Made by a program: the position numbers and the translations under genes
Source: Octopus vulgaris
Taxonomy: Eukaryota
Assembly: GCA_951406725.2 (NCBI GenBank)
Contig: OX597817.1
Location: 34,162,001 to 34,226,000 of the forward strand
Direction: 5' to 3'
DNA: 64,000 nt
In this document: in pieces, positions 34,826 to 48,781 of the stretch
Position numbering within the stretch: the first letter of the stretch is position 1
How the letters are laid out: every line of letters starts with the position of its first letter
Notes under the pieces: model-generated
What the model saw: only the letters and a program-made list of their open reading frames with translations
Databases searched by the model: none
What the model was told of the DNA's origin: nothing

Positions 34826-35974
34826 ATACATTTATATTGTAAATGTATGAAAATGTTATGTTTTTAATACAAAGTAATTAATTTCATTGCATTGTCTACT
34901 TTCCCGATTTAAAACTTCAATCATGTTTGAAATTAGTTCATATAAATTATTAAATAAAATAACTAAATTTTATTGTAAAATCTATGAATTGTTTTTGGTA
35001 TATGCTTTAGTATAGGTGTAGACATGGTAATGTAGTTAAGAAATTTGTTTCTTAACTGCATGGCTTCGGATCAGTTTCCTGCATGGCACCTTGGGAAAAT
35101 ATTACCTTGATTAGAAGCGGGTGAAGGTTGGCTCCAAGAAGGGCATCCAAATATAGAAAATGTTCCTCAATAAATTTTGTCTGACCCATGCAAACATTGA
35201 AAGCAGACAAAAAGAAAAAAGACAAAAAAAAAAACCGATGATGATAATGATGTTTCTATTGAGCTACAACAAACTAAAAGACTGCAATATAAAAGAAGTC
35301 GACAGTTCATATCCCTTCACTGATGTTGTGCTATGTTCTCATTAATGGCACTTAACTATTGATAAACCCATTCCATCAAACCACACGATACTGTCTACAT
35401 CTGTAAATTGCAAGGAGAGTGTATAATTTATGAGTATTTCATTAGCGTGTAGTGCTGCTGTCTTATGGTCCCATGGGCAAAACAACATCGCTAATGTATT
35501 AGTTAATGCAGTGATGATGGAAGCAATACAGCAAAGTGGCTGTTCTCCCATCACTGCTCTTATTTCCAGCGCACATTTATAATAATTTTGTGATTGTTAC
35601 AAGCTTTATATGATAACTTGACTCCATATGAGCACTATTATCATTATCATCATTATTTTTTTTTTTTTATGTCGACTTTCTCATGCTTGCATTGGTTTGA
35701 CAAAATTTGTTGAGGCTAATTTTCTACAGCTGAATGCCTTTCCCTTTGCTAAACATCACCTCTTTCCAAGCAAGGTAATATTGCCCAATCAGTGGATATA
35801 TTTTTCACATAAGATATCTTGCAGATACTTCCCTGTGATCTCCAAAAAACACCAAATATTTGAGGCAAGCTAAAATTCTTCAAGGCGGTGCCCCAGCATG
35901 GACATAGTCTAATGACTGAAACAAGCAAAACATAAAAGATAAAAAGAAAGGATGCTATTTATTTACTGTATGAA

Positions 35975-36192
35975 CATATTCTTTTCTGCTCTAGGCACAA
36001 GGCCTGAAATTTTATGGAGGGTGCAGTTGATTAGATCAACCCCAGTACGCAACTGGTACTTAATTTATCAACCCCGAAAGGACGAAAGGCAAAGTCGACC
36101 TCGGCAGAATTTGAACTCAGAACGTAAAGACAGACAAAATACCTCTAAGCATTTCGCCCAATGTGCTAACATTTCTGCCAGCTCATCACCTT
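35975..36192 (-). mobile_element. SINE family B
   Basis: ggtacttaatttatcaaccccgaaaggacgaaaggcaaagtcgacctcggcagaatttgaactc...ttctgccagctc. Confidence 0.88.
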
Positions 36193-36338
36193 ACGGTCTG
36201 AACATATTACACAGAAGCTGATGTTACATAAATCTGTCCAAAGTGGACATATGGCTGTAGAGTGTCAGGAATGGGACATGGGGAACAGTTTGCCCTGAGT
36301 GATGGTTTTATGGAGGCAGCACATTTAGGTCTGCTGCA

Positions 36339-36700
36339 TAAGCCTATATAGGGGGCAGGGTGGAAAATTCAGGGCTTCCCTGGCTGGCTCATGTGCTAGC
36401 TATGCCACTAATGTATATAAGTATTTTTACATTCTGAGTTCAATTTCCACCATGGTCGACTTTGCCTTTCAACCTTTTGGGGGGTCGATAAATTAAATAC
36501 CAGTTGCATACTTGTCTATATAGGGTATAAGCCTATATAGGGGGCAGGGTGGAAAATTCAGGGCTTCCCTGGCTGGCACACATGCTAGTTATGCCACTGA
36601 TGTATGTAAGTATTTTTACGTTCTGAGTTCAAATTCCGCCGAGGTTGACTTTACCTTTCATCCTTTTGGAGGTTGATAAATTAAGTACCAGTTGTGTACT
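36339..36700 (+). repeat. Tandem duplication (~188-bp period) of a MITE end plus a SINE B fragment
   Basis: ataagcctatatagggggcagggtggaaaattcagggcttccctggctggc occurs at 36339 and 36527. Confidence 0.9.
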
Positions 36701-37109
36701 AGGGTCGATTTAATCAACTGTTATCCCCTCCAATTTCGGGTCTTGTGCCTAGAGAAGAAAAGATTATGAGCTCCTAAACTAACATGAAGTATTGGCCTGT
36801 ACTAAAGTATTGTCATTTTATTTAGACATTGCAGAGTAGCATTAATGCTTTCCTCAAGAACATTAGCAATAAAAGCTGATCTCTCTTGGGATCTGAAACT
36901 AGGACATAACTATGATAGATTGAGGGGCTATTGAAGCACTGCAGCAGTGATCGCTAATCTGTTCTGGAATATTGTCAGATGCACCTATCCCTCTTAATTC
37001 ACACCAGTGGTCAAACCACTTGGCTAACATCATATTTAAATTTCTATTTTGATTTGCTTTCCTTTGCCCATTCCAATTGATTTTTATTATAGCCATTAAA
37101 TGTACAAAG

Positions 37110-37168
37110 GAAAATTGTTGTGGTGTGGAGAGGACAAAAAGTAACAAAATTAAACAAAAGCAACATAT

Positions 37169-37201
<33 letters not shown>

Positions 37202-37400
37202 CACACACATGCATGTAATATGTGTGCATGCATGTATGTGTTTGTGTATGTATATATGTATGTGTGTGTGTGTGTGTGGCGGGTGTGTATGTGTATGTAT
37301 ACTCACATTTGAACTTTGTTGTTGTGTGAAGAGGACAAAAAGTAACAAAATTAAGTAAAAGCAACATATATGGAAGTGAGAGAGGGGGAGACAGATACAA
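37110..37400 (+). repeat. Direct repeat, ~200-bp period
   Basis: ttgttgtg..gaggacaaaaagtaacaaaattaa..aaaagcaacatatatggaag.gagag occurs twice. Confidence 0.85.
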
Positions 37401-37479
37401 AAATAAAATACACATATGCATGTAACTGCATATAATATATATGTATATATATATGAATGTATGTAAATATATGTATGTG

Positions 37480-37536
<57 letters not shown>

Positions 37537-37740
37537 ATTTATATAGATTAGAGACAGGTATTCAATATATGTATGTGTGTGTATATATATGTATGTATGT
37601 ATATATATAGTGAGAGAGAGTTATGTACGTATATGAGTGAGTATATATATCTATATATATTATATATATATATATATATAGATAGATATAGATGTAGATA
37701 TATATATGTGTATGTGTGTGTGTGTGTGTGTGTACATATA

Positions 37741-37960
37741 TGGCGTACCGGTGGCACATAAATGCACCCCAGTGTCATGCAAATGGCACCCGTGCCGGTG
37801 GCATGTAAAAGCACCCACTACATTCTCAGAGTGTTTGGTGTTAGGAAGAGCATCCAGCCATAGAATACCATGCCAAATCAGACTGGAGTCTTCCAGTGTG
37901 CCGGTCAAGCTGTCCAACCCATGCCAGCATGGACAACGGATGTTAAATGATAATGATGAT
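37741..37960 (+). mobile_element. Family D copy embedded in a (TA)/(TG) microsatellite
   Basis: D core and (GAT)n tail, flanked on both sides by dinucleotide tracts. Confidence 0.8.
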
Positions 37961-38003
37961 ATATATATATATGTGTGAGTGTGTATATATATATATATAT
38001 ATT

Positions 38004-38036
<33 letters not shown>

Positions 38037-38051
38037 ATATACCCTCTCTTT

Positions 38052-38455
38052 GCTCTTTTACTTGTTTCAGTCATTTGACTGCGGCCATGCTGGAGCACCG
38101 CCTTTAATCGAGCAACTCGACCCCGGGACTTATTCTTTTGTAAGCCCAGTACTTATTCTATCGGCCTCTTTTGCCGAACCGCTAAGTGACGGGGACGTAA
38201 ACACACCAGCATCGGTTGTCAAGCAATGCTAGGGAGACAAACACAGACACTCAAATACACACACACATACATATATATATGTACATATATGCGACAGGCT
38301 TCTTTTAGTTTCCGCCTACCAAATCCACTCACAAGGCATTTGTCGGTCCGGGGCTATAGCAGTAGACACTTGCCCAAGATGCCACGCAGTGGGGCTGAAC
38401 CCGGAACCATGTTGTTGGTAAGCAAGCTACTTACCACACAGCCACTCCTGCGCCT
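38052..38455 (-). mobile_element. SINE family A, young, full length
   Basis: CpGs are retained. The head ends at ccactcctgcgcct. Confidence 0.93.
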
Positions 38456-38480
38456 ATATATATATATATATATATATATA

Positions 38481-38589
38481 TTGGCCTGCTCGCTTAGCCA
38501 GCTGGGTGGCGTCATTTAAAGGCTAAAACAATGCGAAACGCATTGTGACCAGTGATGTGTAGCAACATCTGATAGCCTGGTCGGTCACG

Positions 38590-38594
<5 letters not shown>
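38481..38594 (+). mobile_element. 5'-truncated retroposon tail within (TA)n
   Basis: Reverse complement of the tail of the outer SINE at 47731-48412. Confidence 0.8.
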
Positions 38595-38647
<53 letters not shown>

Positions 38648-39169
38648 TATATACATAACATGTTCATGTATATATATATGTGTGTGTGTGTATATACATG
38701 TACACGAACATACGCACGTGCCTGTGCTGTTACATTTGAATTTTGTTGCTATTACAACCACAAATACTACCACCATCATCACCACCACCACCACCACCAC
38801 CACCACTACACCCAATACAACTTAACACCTCACATAATACCTTTCGAGCTCACTGACCGCTGCTCTTCCATCACCCAATCTTCTGTTAACGATGGTGTGG
38901 GGATGCTATTATCGCAAAATGTAAAAGTTATTCCCTATGTCCACATGCATTAGTGAAGACAAGTTTGCAACACTGGACAGAACCCAACAGACAGTTGATG
39001 CTTCGCTTGTTTGACTCTGCAGACTTGGCACCATTCCTAAATATCAATACTCACGGTTTTACTTGTTAAAAAATGCATCATACATCATACGAACACAGGC
39101 TTTTATCTTAACCTACAACACACACGTACATGCACACACATACACATGCTTTCAGTATGTGTACATACC

Positions 39170-39680
<511 letters not shown>

Positions 39681-40203
39681 CACATTTAGGCTCATACATA
39701 TTCAAAGGCTCATATATAATGAATATATTTACATATACATCCACTCAGACATGTGCACACATAATTGCATACACTTATGCATGTATTAGCATATCGACAA
39801 GCATTACATACATATATGTATGCATCTATCTATTTATCTATCTATCTATCTCTATAAAGATGTGTATGTGTGTGTGTGTGTGTGTGTATACACACACATT
39901 CCTTTGTACACAAGTGGACTTACATATAAGATATGCACATAATTATATATCCATCCAGACACACATACGTACACACACACAGAGTAAATTAGGCAGAGTT
40001 AAATAAACAACTTAAATAGTAACGAGAAATTCAGAAAGTAACGAAAAGTTGAAAAAAAAAACAAATCATTAAATAATTTTCTTTTTTTTCCTAGAAATGC
40101 TTTTCTTTTGCTTGTTTGTTTAGTGTTTGTTTTGTTGATGTAATGTTATTATTGTTTGTGTTAGTATTATTATTATTAATTGTAATTTTTCATTCCCTGT
40201 CCT

Positions 40204-40261
40204 CCACATCACCATCATCACCATCATCATCATCTTCATCATCACCATCATCATCACCATC

Positions 40262-40323
<62 letters not shown>

Positions 40324-40378
40324 CATCACCATCATCATCACCATCATCATCATCGTCATCACCATCACCATCATCATC

Positions 40379-40412
<34 letters not shown>

Positions 40413-40516
40413 CCATCATCACCATCACCATCATCATCATCATCACCATCATCACCATCATCATCATCACCATCATCACCATCATCACCATCATCATCAT
40501 CATCACCACCACCACC

Positions 40517-40548
<32 letters not shown>

Positions 40549-40582
40549 CATCACCATCATCATCACCATCATCACCATCACC

Positions 40583-40614
<32 letters not shown>

Positions 40615-40615
40615 A
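40204..40615. repeat. ~410-bp (CAT/CAC)n trinucleotide tract
   Basis: Seen directly. It explains the poly-S/P, poly-M/V and poly-D/G ORFs. Confidence 0.98.
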
Positions 40616-40814
40616 GTCATTGTTAGCACTACCACATGTGCCACCGTTGCCATCGTTATCGTCATCACCATTGCACATAATTTTGTTCAAATCATCTGTT
40701 GTCATCGTTATTTACACCACCAAACTCAATGTCTTTATTTTCTGCCCCCTCTCCCACCTCGTGCTTTATTGTTGTTTGTCATCCTTATCATCTTCATCAC
40801 TAAAGCTATCATAC

Positions 40815-41122
40815 AAGTCATCATCATCATCACTATAACATCACCACCACCACCACCACCATTCTGATCAACCTCTTGATTAATGTTGATTAATCATCAT
40901 CATCATCATCATCATCACAACAGTCATGATTACCACCACCATTATCACCACAATCAACATCATCATCATCAGCAGCACTACTGTTGCCTGCACTACCACC
41001 ACCACCACCACCACCACCACCACCATCATCACTACAATCAACATCATCATCATCATCATCACCATCATCAGTAGCAGCACTATTGTTGTGGGCACCACCA
41101 CCACCACTACCACAACCACCAT
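40815..41122. repeat. (CAT)n/(CAC)n low-complexity region with an ~90-bp internal duplication
   Basis: acaatcaacatcatcatcatc..cagcacta.tgttg occurs twice. Confidence 0.85.
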
Positions 41123-41703
41123 TTATGAGGATGTGCTTAAACTTCCCTGTTTATATTTACACTGAATGTCAACATACTAAATCCTATCTTTAGTCTTCAG
41201 CTCAGCTCCGAGGTTCAGCTGGAGCCTCTGTTTCTGTCCAAATACAAACATAACACTGTTCAAATAAGAACAGAATTGTCGAATTATCCAGTTCTTATCT
41301 TTTTATTCTCTGTGGAAGGATTACTAACTTTATTGTTTTTGTTGTTGTTTCATTACCCTTAGCATCATTACCCTTTACATCTCAATGGAAGCATTTTCTC
41401 TTATTTACGTCATTGTGTAATCATATCTGGTCTATGGTATTTAGTTATTCTGTCTGACTGGATAACAAAATTCTGTAGGAATTTTTTGGTTTACCAAGTT
41501 CATTTAGGAGCTTTTTCTAATACATGATTGCCACTTTCTTGAAGTCTTGTAGCCAAATTTTTTAAAGTGACCAGTGTAAGTTAAGACAAGCCTCATCATG
41601 TTACTTCTTGGCATTCTTTCTCAGCTAACAATTTGCAACCTGCTTCTATCATCATCATCATCATCATCGTCATTATCACCATCATTTAGCATCCATCTTC
41701 CTA

Positions 41704-42179
41704 TTTAACATTTAGATTATTCTGTCAAATGCAAATGGTTATTTGTTCACATTGTTGTGAATTAATCCTGTGCCAGTGACATGTGAAAAACATTTGAGAG
41801 AGGTTGTTGCCAGTGCCGCTGGACTGGCTTCTGTGCAGGTGGCACGTAAAAAAACCCACTACACTCTTAGAGTGGTTGGCATTAGGAAGGGCATCCAACT
41901 GTAGAAACTCTGCCAGATCAAGATTGGAGCCTGGTGCTGCATTCTGGCTTGCCAGTCCTCAGTCAAATCGTCCAACCCATGCTAGCATCGAAAGCATACG
42001 TTAAACGACAATAATGATGATGATGATTATCTTATAGCTTTGAAGTTTAAAAGATGTGATTGTTTATTTTTAGAATGACATTGTAGGTGAAGTGTGAGAG
42101 GCCAGATCTGGCCAATTTGAAAACAAAACAGATCAGATATTTGGGCTGGATATAGCCAGTTTAAATACTAAATGGTTAA
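41704..42179. mobile_element. Second TTAA-type MITE family, interrupted by family D (41768-42027)
   Basis: Ends aaatactaaatggttaa and is homologous in reverse to 45157-45860. Confidence 0.65.
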
Positions 42180-42304
42180 ATTTTCTTCCTCAAACCTAAA
42201 ATGATAGTTTTGATGCTTTTTTTTTTCCATAAGGGTTTGGTGTTTGGAAATATTGTAATGGATGTTGTGGTGGTAGCAGTAGAGTTTGGTTAGTGCTGCT
42301 ATAT

Positions 42305-42690
42305 TGTGGAAGCACTCCGTCGGTTACGAGGACGAGGGTTCCGGTTGATCCGATCAACGGAACAGCCTGCTCGTGAAATTAACATGTAAGTGGCTGAGCA
42401 CTCCACAGACACGTGTACCCTTAACGTAGTTCTTGGGGATATTCAGCGTGACACAGAGAGTGACAAGGCCGGCCCTTTGAAATACAGGTACAAGAGAAAC
42501 AGGAAGTAAGAGTGAGAGAAAGTTGTGGTGAAAGAGTACAGCAGGGATCACCACCATCCCTGCTGGAGCCTCGTGGAGCTTTAGGTGTTTTCGCTCAATA
42601 AACACTCACAACGCCCGGTCTGGGAATCGAAACCGCGATCCTATGACCGCGAGTCTGCTGCCCTAACCACTGGGCCATTGCGCCTCCACT
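42305..42690 (-). mobile_element. SINE family C, full length, with 12-bp TSD
   Basis: TSD gtgctgctatat at 42293-42304 and 42691-42702. The tRNA-like head has TCG in the anticodon-like loop (Arg-like). Confidence 0.94.
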
Positions 42691-42892
42691 GTGCTGCTAT
42701 ATACTGGATAAAATGAGTGATAAAGAAAAAGCCAAAATAAAAAAATTAAAAGTAAAGTAGAAAGGAAGCAGGTTGGTGGGAAGAATTTGAATAAGATCAA
42801 AGTTAGGTTTTTATACTGAAACAACACAAAAGCATTTTTTAATATATTTTATTAATGGCAACTTATTCAGTTGTCAGTTATTGATGACAGGC

Positions 42893-42923
<31 letters not shown>

Positions 42924-43339
42924 TCAGCAGTCATAGCAGTGGCAGTAATGAGGAAGAGGAGAAAGAGAGGAATGATGATGATGATGATGTCGACGATAAA
43001 AAATGGCAATGATGTTGATGATAGTAATGCCAGCAATGATAATAATGATGGCAATAATAATCACAATGAAGATGATGTTGATCATGATGACGATGACAAT
43101 GATGATGTTAGCGCTGATGATGATGATGATGATGATATAATGAAATTCGCTTTTTTCCCTCCCTTTTTCTGTGTGTGTGGAGAAAACAAATACGAGACAA
43201 ACAGATTAAATATTAAAGTCTTGCGTTTACATAAATTTGCTAAATTATGTAATTTGGTAGAATGTCAGGCTTTATTCATAATCATCAAATTTTAACAAAG
43301 TAATTTCATTTTTAAAAAAATACATACACGCATAAATAT

Positions 43340-43672
43340 GTAAATACATACATAGATACATACATACATACATACATACATACATACATACATACATACA
43401 TACATACATACATACATACATACATACATACATGCAACTATACACGGATATGTACAGAAATATATACATACAACCATACATAGATTCATACATACATACA
43501 TGCATACATGCATACATATTCACATATAACCCTACATACATACATACATACATACATACATACATACATACGTACACACATATGTACATACATACATACA
43601 TACATACATATGTTGTTAAAGACTGGTTTTTAGAATATTACATTTGATTACTGAATTTCATGAGCATCATTT

Positions 43673-43745
<73 letters not shown>

Positions 43746-43767
43746 CAGCAGCAGCAGCAGCAGCAGT
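43340..43767. repeat. (TACA)n tract followed by a (TAG)n(CAG)n tract
   Basis: Seen directly. Confidence 0.97.
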
Positions 43768-44087
43768 ATTACAGATTATGGTGGTGGTGTTGGTGTTGGT
43801 GTTGGTGGTGATGGTTTTGCAAACCTCTTTCTTTCTGCATGTGGTTTTTTTCCCATGGAAATACCTTCACTCCTCCAACATTACAGACCAACAAAACACT
43901 CATCAAGTATACACTATTCCTGCTGCTTACTGTGAATTAACATCTTCTCTCCTTTGGAGTATTATCTCTCTTACCTGTGAGGATGGAACAAAATCAAAGG
44001 AAGTTTTACTTTGTAATTAATTTCCTACCATTGTCGGCAGCACCTAATGCCACGAGAAAGGGCGGATCAAGTAGTTGAGCTAATGAT

Positions 44088-44137
<50 letters not shown>

Positions 44138-44633
44138 TGAGAGGAGGCAGAAAGGGGTGGTGGTAATAGTTAACTTGATTGTTTTTTCAAATTTGTGTTG
44201 TGCATCCAGCTGCTGTAAATTGTCTTCATTGTTCACAGTCCACATCATATAACATAAGATGCTCACCGATGTCATCATGTAAAAGAGAATGGCGGAGGTT
44301 GAGAGAAAAATCTATTTGTTGTCAACACAAGTAACACTTTTCTTATTCACATCTTCTTTGTATCTGATCTTATCTCAAACAGGTATCGCTTACTCTAACT
44401 CATTAATTAATTTGCTGAACCAGATTTACTGAGGACCTACTCTCCTCTATGTCATTAATCAGTTGCTCCTTGTCCTTGAGACGCTCTGTGGAAGCAACAT
44501 TGTTGTACTTGATATCGACCAACCATTTGACCATGTCTGGTATGAAAATCTCACTTACAGGCTCCATCTTCTTGGTCTCTTGGTTTGAATGTTCTCTATC
44601 AGACTGCATCATCATAAGTTGCACTGATGGATC

Positions 44634-45090
44634 CTTCTTCTTAATTCTTTTTGCCCTTTGTGGAGCATAGGGCCTCAACAGTTGTTTTCCACTTTTTGTG
44701 GTCATTGGCGCGTTTCTTGGCTGCTTCCCATGTCAGGTCAGTGGTCCTGAGCTCATCCAAAATGCTCCGCTTCCATGTCTGCTCCAGGTGTCCTCGCTTT
44801 CTTTTCCCCTGCGGGTTCTAGTCAAGTGCTTGTCATGTCACATTTGAGGGTTCTTTCCGCAGTGTATGTTCAATCCATCTCCAATTCCCCCGTCTAATCT
44901 AAACATGTATGGGCTCCTAGTTGGCCCTTTCCCACAGGTCGGTGTTTGGCACTCTGTCGAACCACTTCAGATGGAGGATCTGCCGGACACATTGGTGGAT
45001 AAAGGTCTGGATCTTCTTGTAGTTGCTGCAGGTGGCTCTCCATGTTTCATAGCCATACAAATGCACAGATTTTACATTTAAACTAAATAA
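44634..45090 (-). mobile_element. RTE-clade LINE 3' fragment
   Basis: Minus translation WRWIEHTLRKEPSNVT*QALD*NPQGKRKRGHLEQTWKRS..TWEAAKKRANDHKKWKTTVEALCST, then a short (GAA)n tail. Confidence 0.88.
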
Positions 45091-45156
45091 GATGGATCCA
45101 GACTACATGAATGTCCTAAGGTTTAGCTATTTCTTGTGCACTTTTTCTCCTTTATA

Positions 45157-45501
45157 TTAAACTCCTTGGTTTTTAAACCAGCTATATCTGACTCAAATAT
45201 CCTACATATTTTATGTTCAAATTGGCCAGATTCAGCCTATCTCACCTACACTGTGATGTTGCTGTAAAGATAAGTGATCACGTCATTTAACTCTCGAAGC
45301 TATAAGATAATACATGATTAATTCAAAAGAAAGAGAATGTAACTGTATGTGGGTTCAGGCATGGATGTGTGGTAAGAAGTTTGATATGGTTCTGGGTTCA
45401 GTATCACTGTGTGGAACCTTGGACAAGTGTCTTCTTAAGTCTCATGCCAACCAAAGCCTTGTGAGTGGATTTTGTAAGTGGAAACTGAAAGAAGGCATCA
45501 A

Positions 45502-45536
<35 letters not shown>

Positions 45537-45860
45537 TGTGTTTGTTTGTGTGTGTGTGTTTGTGTGTTTGTGTGTGTGTGTGTGTGAGTGTCTTTCTACC
45601 AGTGTTTGTTCTCTTCAACCACTTGACAATCAGTGTTGTTGTGTTTGCACCCTAGTAACTTAGCAGTTCAGCAAAAGAGACCAATAAAATAAGTACTGGG
45701 CTTAAAAAAGGTACTGTGGTCTAAAAGTTTGACTAAAAATTCTTCAAGGCAGAACCCCAGCATGGCCACAGACTAAGACTGAAGCAAGTAAAAGATAAAA
45801 TATATAAAAGATAAGTAAGCATACCATTTGACAAGAGTAGTCTGAATGCTAAAAGATTAA
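45157..45860. mobile_element. TTAA-type MITE interrupted by SINE family A (~45357-45812, plus)
   Basis: Ends ttaaactccttgg / ctgaatgctaaaagattaa, with an A copy carrying (TG)n inside. Confidence 0.65.
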
Positions 45861-46211
45861 TGACTTACTGTCTAACACCACTTCTATGCAGATGGTAACA
45901 TTTTCCACTCCTCTTTAATTTTTACTCACATATTTATGATTTCCTATTTTGGACCAGTTGACACTTGATGATGATATGAGATCAAACCAATTGAAATATA
46001 GTATAGCTATATCACTCTCTTGACAAGACTAACAGATATTGTTATACACCACTAGTCACAATGTGCATCCTTGCATTGTTGTAATTTTCAAATGATGCCA
46101 TCACACTGGCTAGGTGAGCAGGTTTTGTTGTATAGATGTAGATTTTAAAAATATATTTCCTCTCTAACGATGAGATTATTAGTCTGAAAGATTATAATTG
46201 CATTAACAATA

Positions 46212-46740
46212 GCTGTTGGCACTCTGTCAGTTATGATGATGAGGTTTCAGTTGATCTAATCAACAGAAAAGTCTGCTTGTGAAATTAATGTGCAAGTGGC
46301 TGAGTACTCCACAGACATGTGTATACCTAACCGTTTTGATACCCACCCAGCTGAAACCACCTCTGGCTCTGTCGTACAAATGTCTTGTCTTCAAAAGTTC
46401 TGAATTAAAATCTTCCACCAAACCTTAGTCACAATTTATGTTCCTAACACTAGCTTAATGATAATTAAGTTATTTTACTAAATTCTTTGTTATATTTTAA
46501 ATTGATTGAAAGAAACACAGAGCATTTCAAGAGAAATATGGTAACAAAAGGGTTAACATAGTTCTCAAGGAGATTCCTCATGACACAGAATTATTGGTAC
46601 AACTTACTTTTGCCAGCTGAGAGGACTAGAGAAATGTGAAATAAAGTGTCTTGCTCAAGGACACAACTCGCTGCTGGGAGTCAAACTCATGACCTTACAA
46701 TCATGAATCGAATACCCTAACCGCTAAGCCACACACCTTC
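46212..46740 (-). mobile_element. SINE family E interrupted by a piggyBac-like MITE
   Basis: The E sequence is split at the ttaa of gtacccttaacgtag (compare 42416-42430). Confidence 0.85.
46331..46552. mobile_element. piggyBac-like MITE (222 bp), inverted relative to 22743-22964
   Basis: ctaa|ccgttttgatacc ... ggtaacaaaaggg|ttaa. Confidence 0.88.
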
Positions 46741-47059
46741 AATATTAACAATAGCACATCTTAGACATTTTGACATTTAATGCCATAAAAAGTCAGCTTG
46801 ATAGAGTCCATCCTTTTCTGAGTTATTAACTAAGGCTGAAAACTATAGGCATTATGAGTAAATTAATTGAAAATGGTTAAACAGGAAAATGACTTGAAAT
46901 GCACTGTGGAATGCCATTTTCATACCACATAAGATGATGGAACCTTTTTTTGTAGTTACAGAAGTGACTATACAGAAATAACAGCTAAATTTCCTTCAAA
47001 TCACAATTTATCATCCTAGAAAAAAAAAAGACAAGCTGGACAATATAATTCTAGATATA

Positions 47060-47371
47060 CACGTGAAAAAACATTCGAGCGAGGTCGTTGCCAGTGTCGC
47101 TGGACTGGCTCCTGTGCAGGTGGTATATAAAAAGCGCCATTTGAGCGTGGCCATTGCCAGTACCACCTGACTGGCCCTCATGCCGGTAGCACGTAAAAGC
47201 ATCCACTACACTCTCAGAGTGGTTGGCATTTGGAAGGGCATCCAGCTGTAGAAACTCTGCCAGATCAGATTGGAGCCTAGTGCAGCCATCTGGTTTGCCA
47301 GTTCTCAGTCAAATCGTCCAACCCATGCTAGCATGGAAAGCACATGTTAAACGATGATGATGATGATGATG
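47060..47371 (+). mobile_element. Family D retroposon
   Basis: Tandem units, core and (GAT)n tail. It splits an older repeat. Confidence 0.88.
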
Positions 47372-47730
47372 AAGACTGCTACAGTTGGAATAACTTCAAT
47401 TATTGGTTGTCTCAGTTAGTATTGACCTGGGGTTAAATAACAACAATGATAACACAAACTTAATTACTTCTCCCTTTATATCTGTATTCTGTGTTGGCTT
47501 TACAATAAATCTCTAACAATTTCATGATTTAACTTTCATTTCTTATTAGTGTCTGCTATCTACCATGTAACCTCATTTTTTGCTCTAAACTGTAACGATG
47601 CTAATAATTAATCCAATGAACATTTCATTTCCTCTTTAATAAATGATAAACTGAAAAGAAATCATGACACCCAAATTACTAGTGACAAATATACAAGAAT
47701 ATTTTACCATGTTTATATTATATTAATGTA

Positions 47731-48412
47731 TATCACCGTGATCACCGTGACCAACCAGGCTATCAGATGTTGCTACTGGAACCACTCCGTCGGTTACGAC
47801 GATGAAGGCTCCGGTTGATCCGAATCAACAGAACGGCCTGCTCGTGAAATTAACGTGTAAGTGGCTGAGCACTTCACAGACACGTGCACCCTTAACGTAG
47901 TTCTCGGGGATATTCAGTGTGACACAGAGAGTGACAAGGCCGGCCCCTTGAAATACAGGTACAACAGAAAGAGGAAGTAAGAGTGAGAGAAAGTTGTGGT
48001 GAAAGAGTACAGCAGGGATCACCAGCATCCCCTGCCAGAGCCTCGTGGAGCTTTTAGGTGTTTTCGCTCAATAAACACTCACAACGCCCGGTCTGGGAAT
48101 CGAAACCGCGATCCTATGACCGTGAGTCCGCTGCCCTAACCACTGGGCTATTGCGCCTCCACATCACTGGTCACAAGGCGCTTCGCATTGTTTTAGCCTT
48201 CAAATGACGCCACCCTGCTGACTAAGCGAGCAGGCCAACAGAAGAAAGAGTGAGAGAAAATTGTGGCAAAAGAGTACAGTAGGGATCGCCCCCACCCCTG
48301 ATGGAGCCTCGTGGAGCTTTAGGTATATTCGCTCAATAAACACTCACAACGCCTGGTCTGGGAATCAAAACCATGAGTCTGCTACCCTAACCACTGGGCC
48401 ATTGCACCTCCA
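47731..48412 (-). mobile_element. C-head SINE with an alternative tail, carrying a nested full family C copy (~47778-48161)
   Basis: The outer tail gatgttgctac|acatcactggtcaca is contiguous in the 38481-38594 copy but is split here by the C element. Confidence 0.88.
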
Positions 48413-48781
48413 CATATTTATATATATATCCTCATTTATCATGGGTATTTGATTCCAAAAAGGCTCTGTGTTAAATGAATCAGTGATAAATGAACACTAG
48501 AACATATGAGGAAAGCAGATTTTGTTTTGAGACCCCAAGTTTTCCTGAGCATTGTAGATGGTCACTGGGGCATGCTTTTCCAGTCCAAGCAGAATCTTTT
48601 GCTGATTGCCGATCCCTGTTATCACAGATCAATTTGTTATAAGCATAACATCGTTCACAATTAGTGTACAGTGTTATCATGGATCAGGAATGATTGAATC
48701 AGTGATAAAGGATGAGATGTGCTTGTTAAATATGCTTAAACTATATTTAATATTTCTGTGAAAATAGTAGTATATATCATA

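Noticed and set aside
40116-40705. Ser/Pro-, Met/Val- and Asp/Gly-rich ORFs suggesting a biomineral or reflectin-like protein
   Set aside because: The tract is pure (CAT/CAC)n, open in most frames, with no reflectin motif, domain or convincing splice context.
42354-42605. Recurrent peptide '[18 protein letters not shown]..' (also 47825 and 55912) that looks like a gene family
   Set aside because: It is a translation of SINE family C. The copies have TSDs and tRNA heads.
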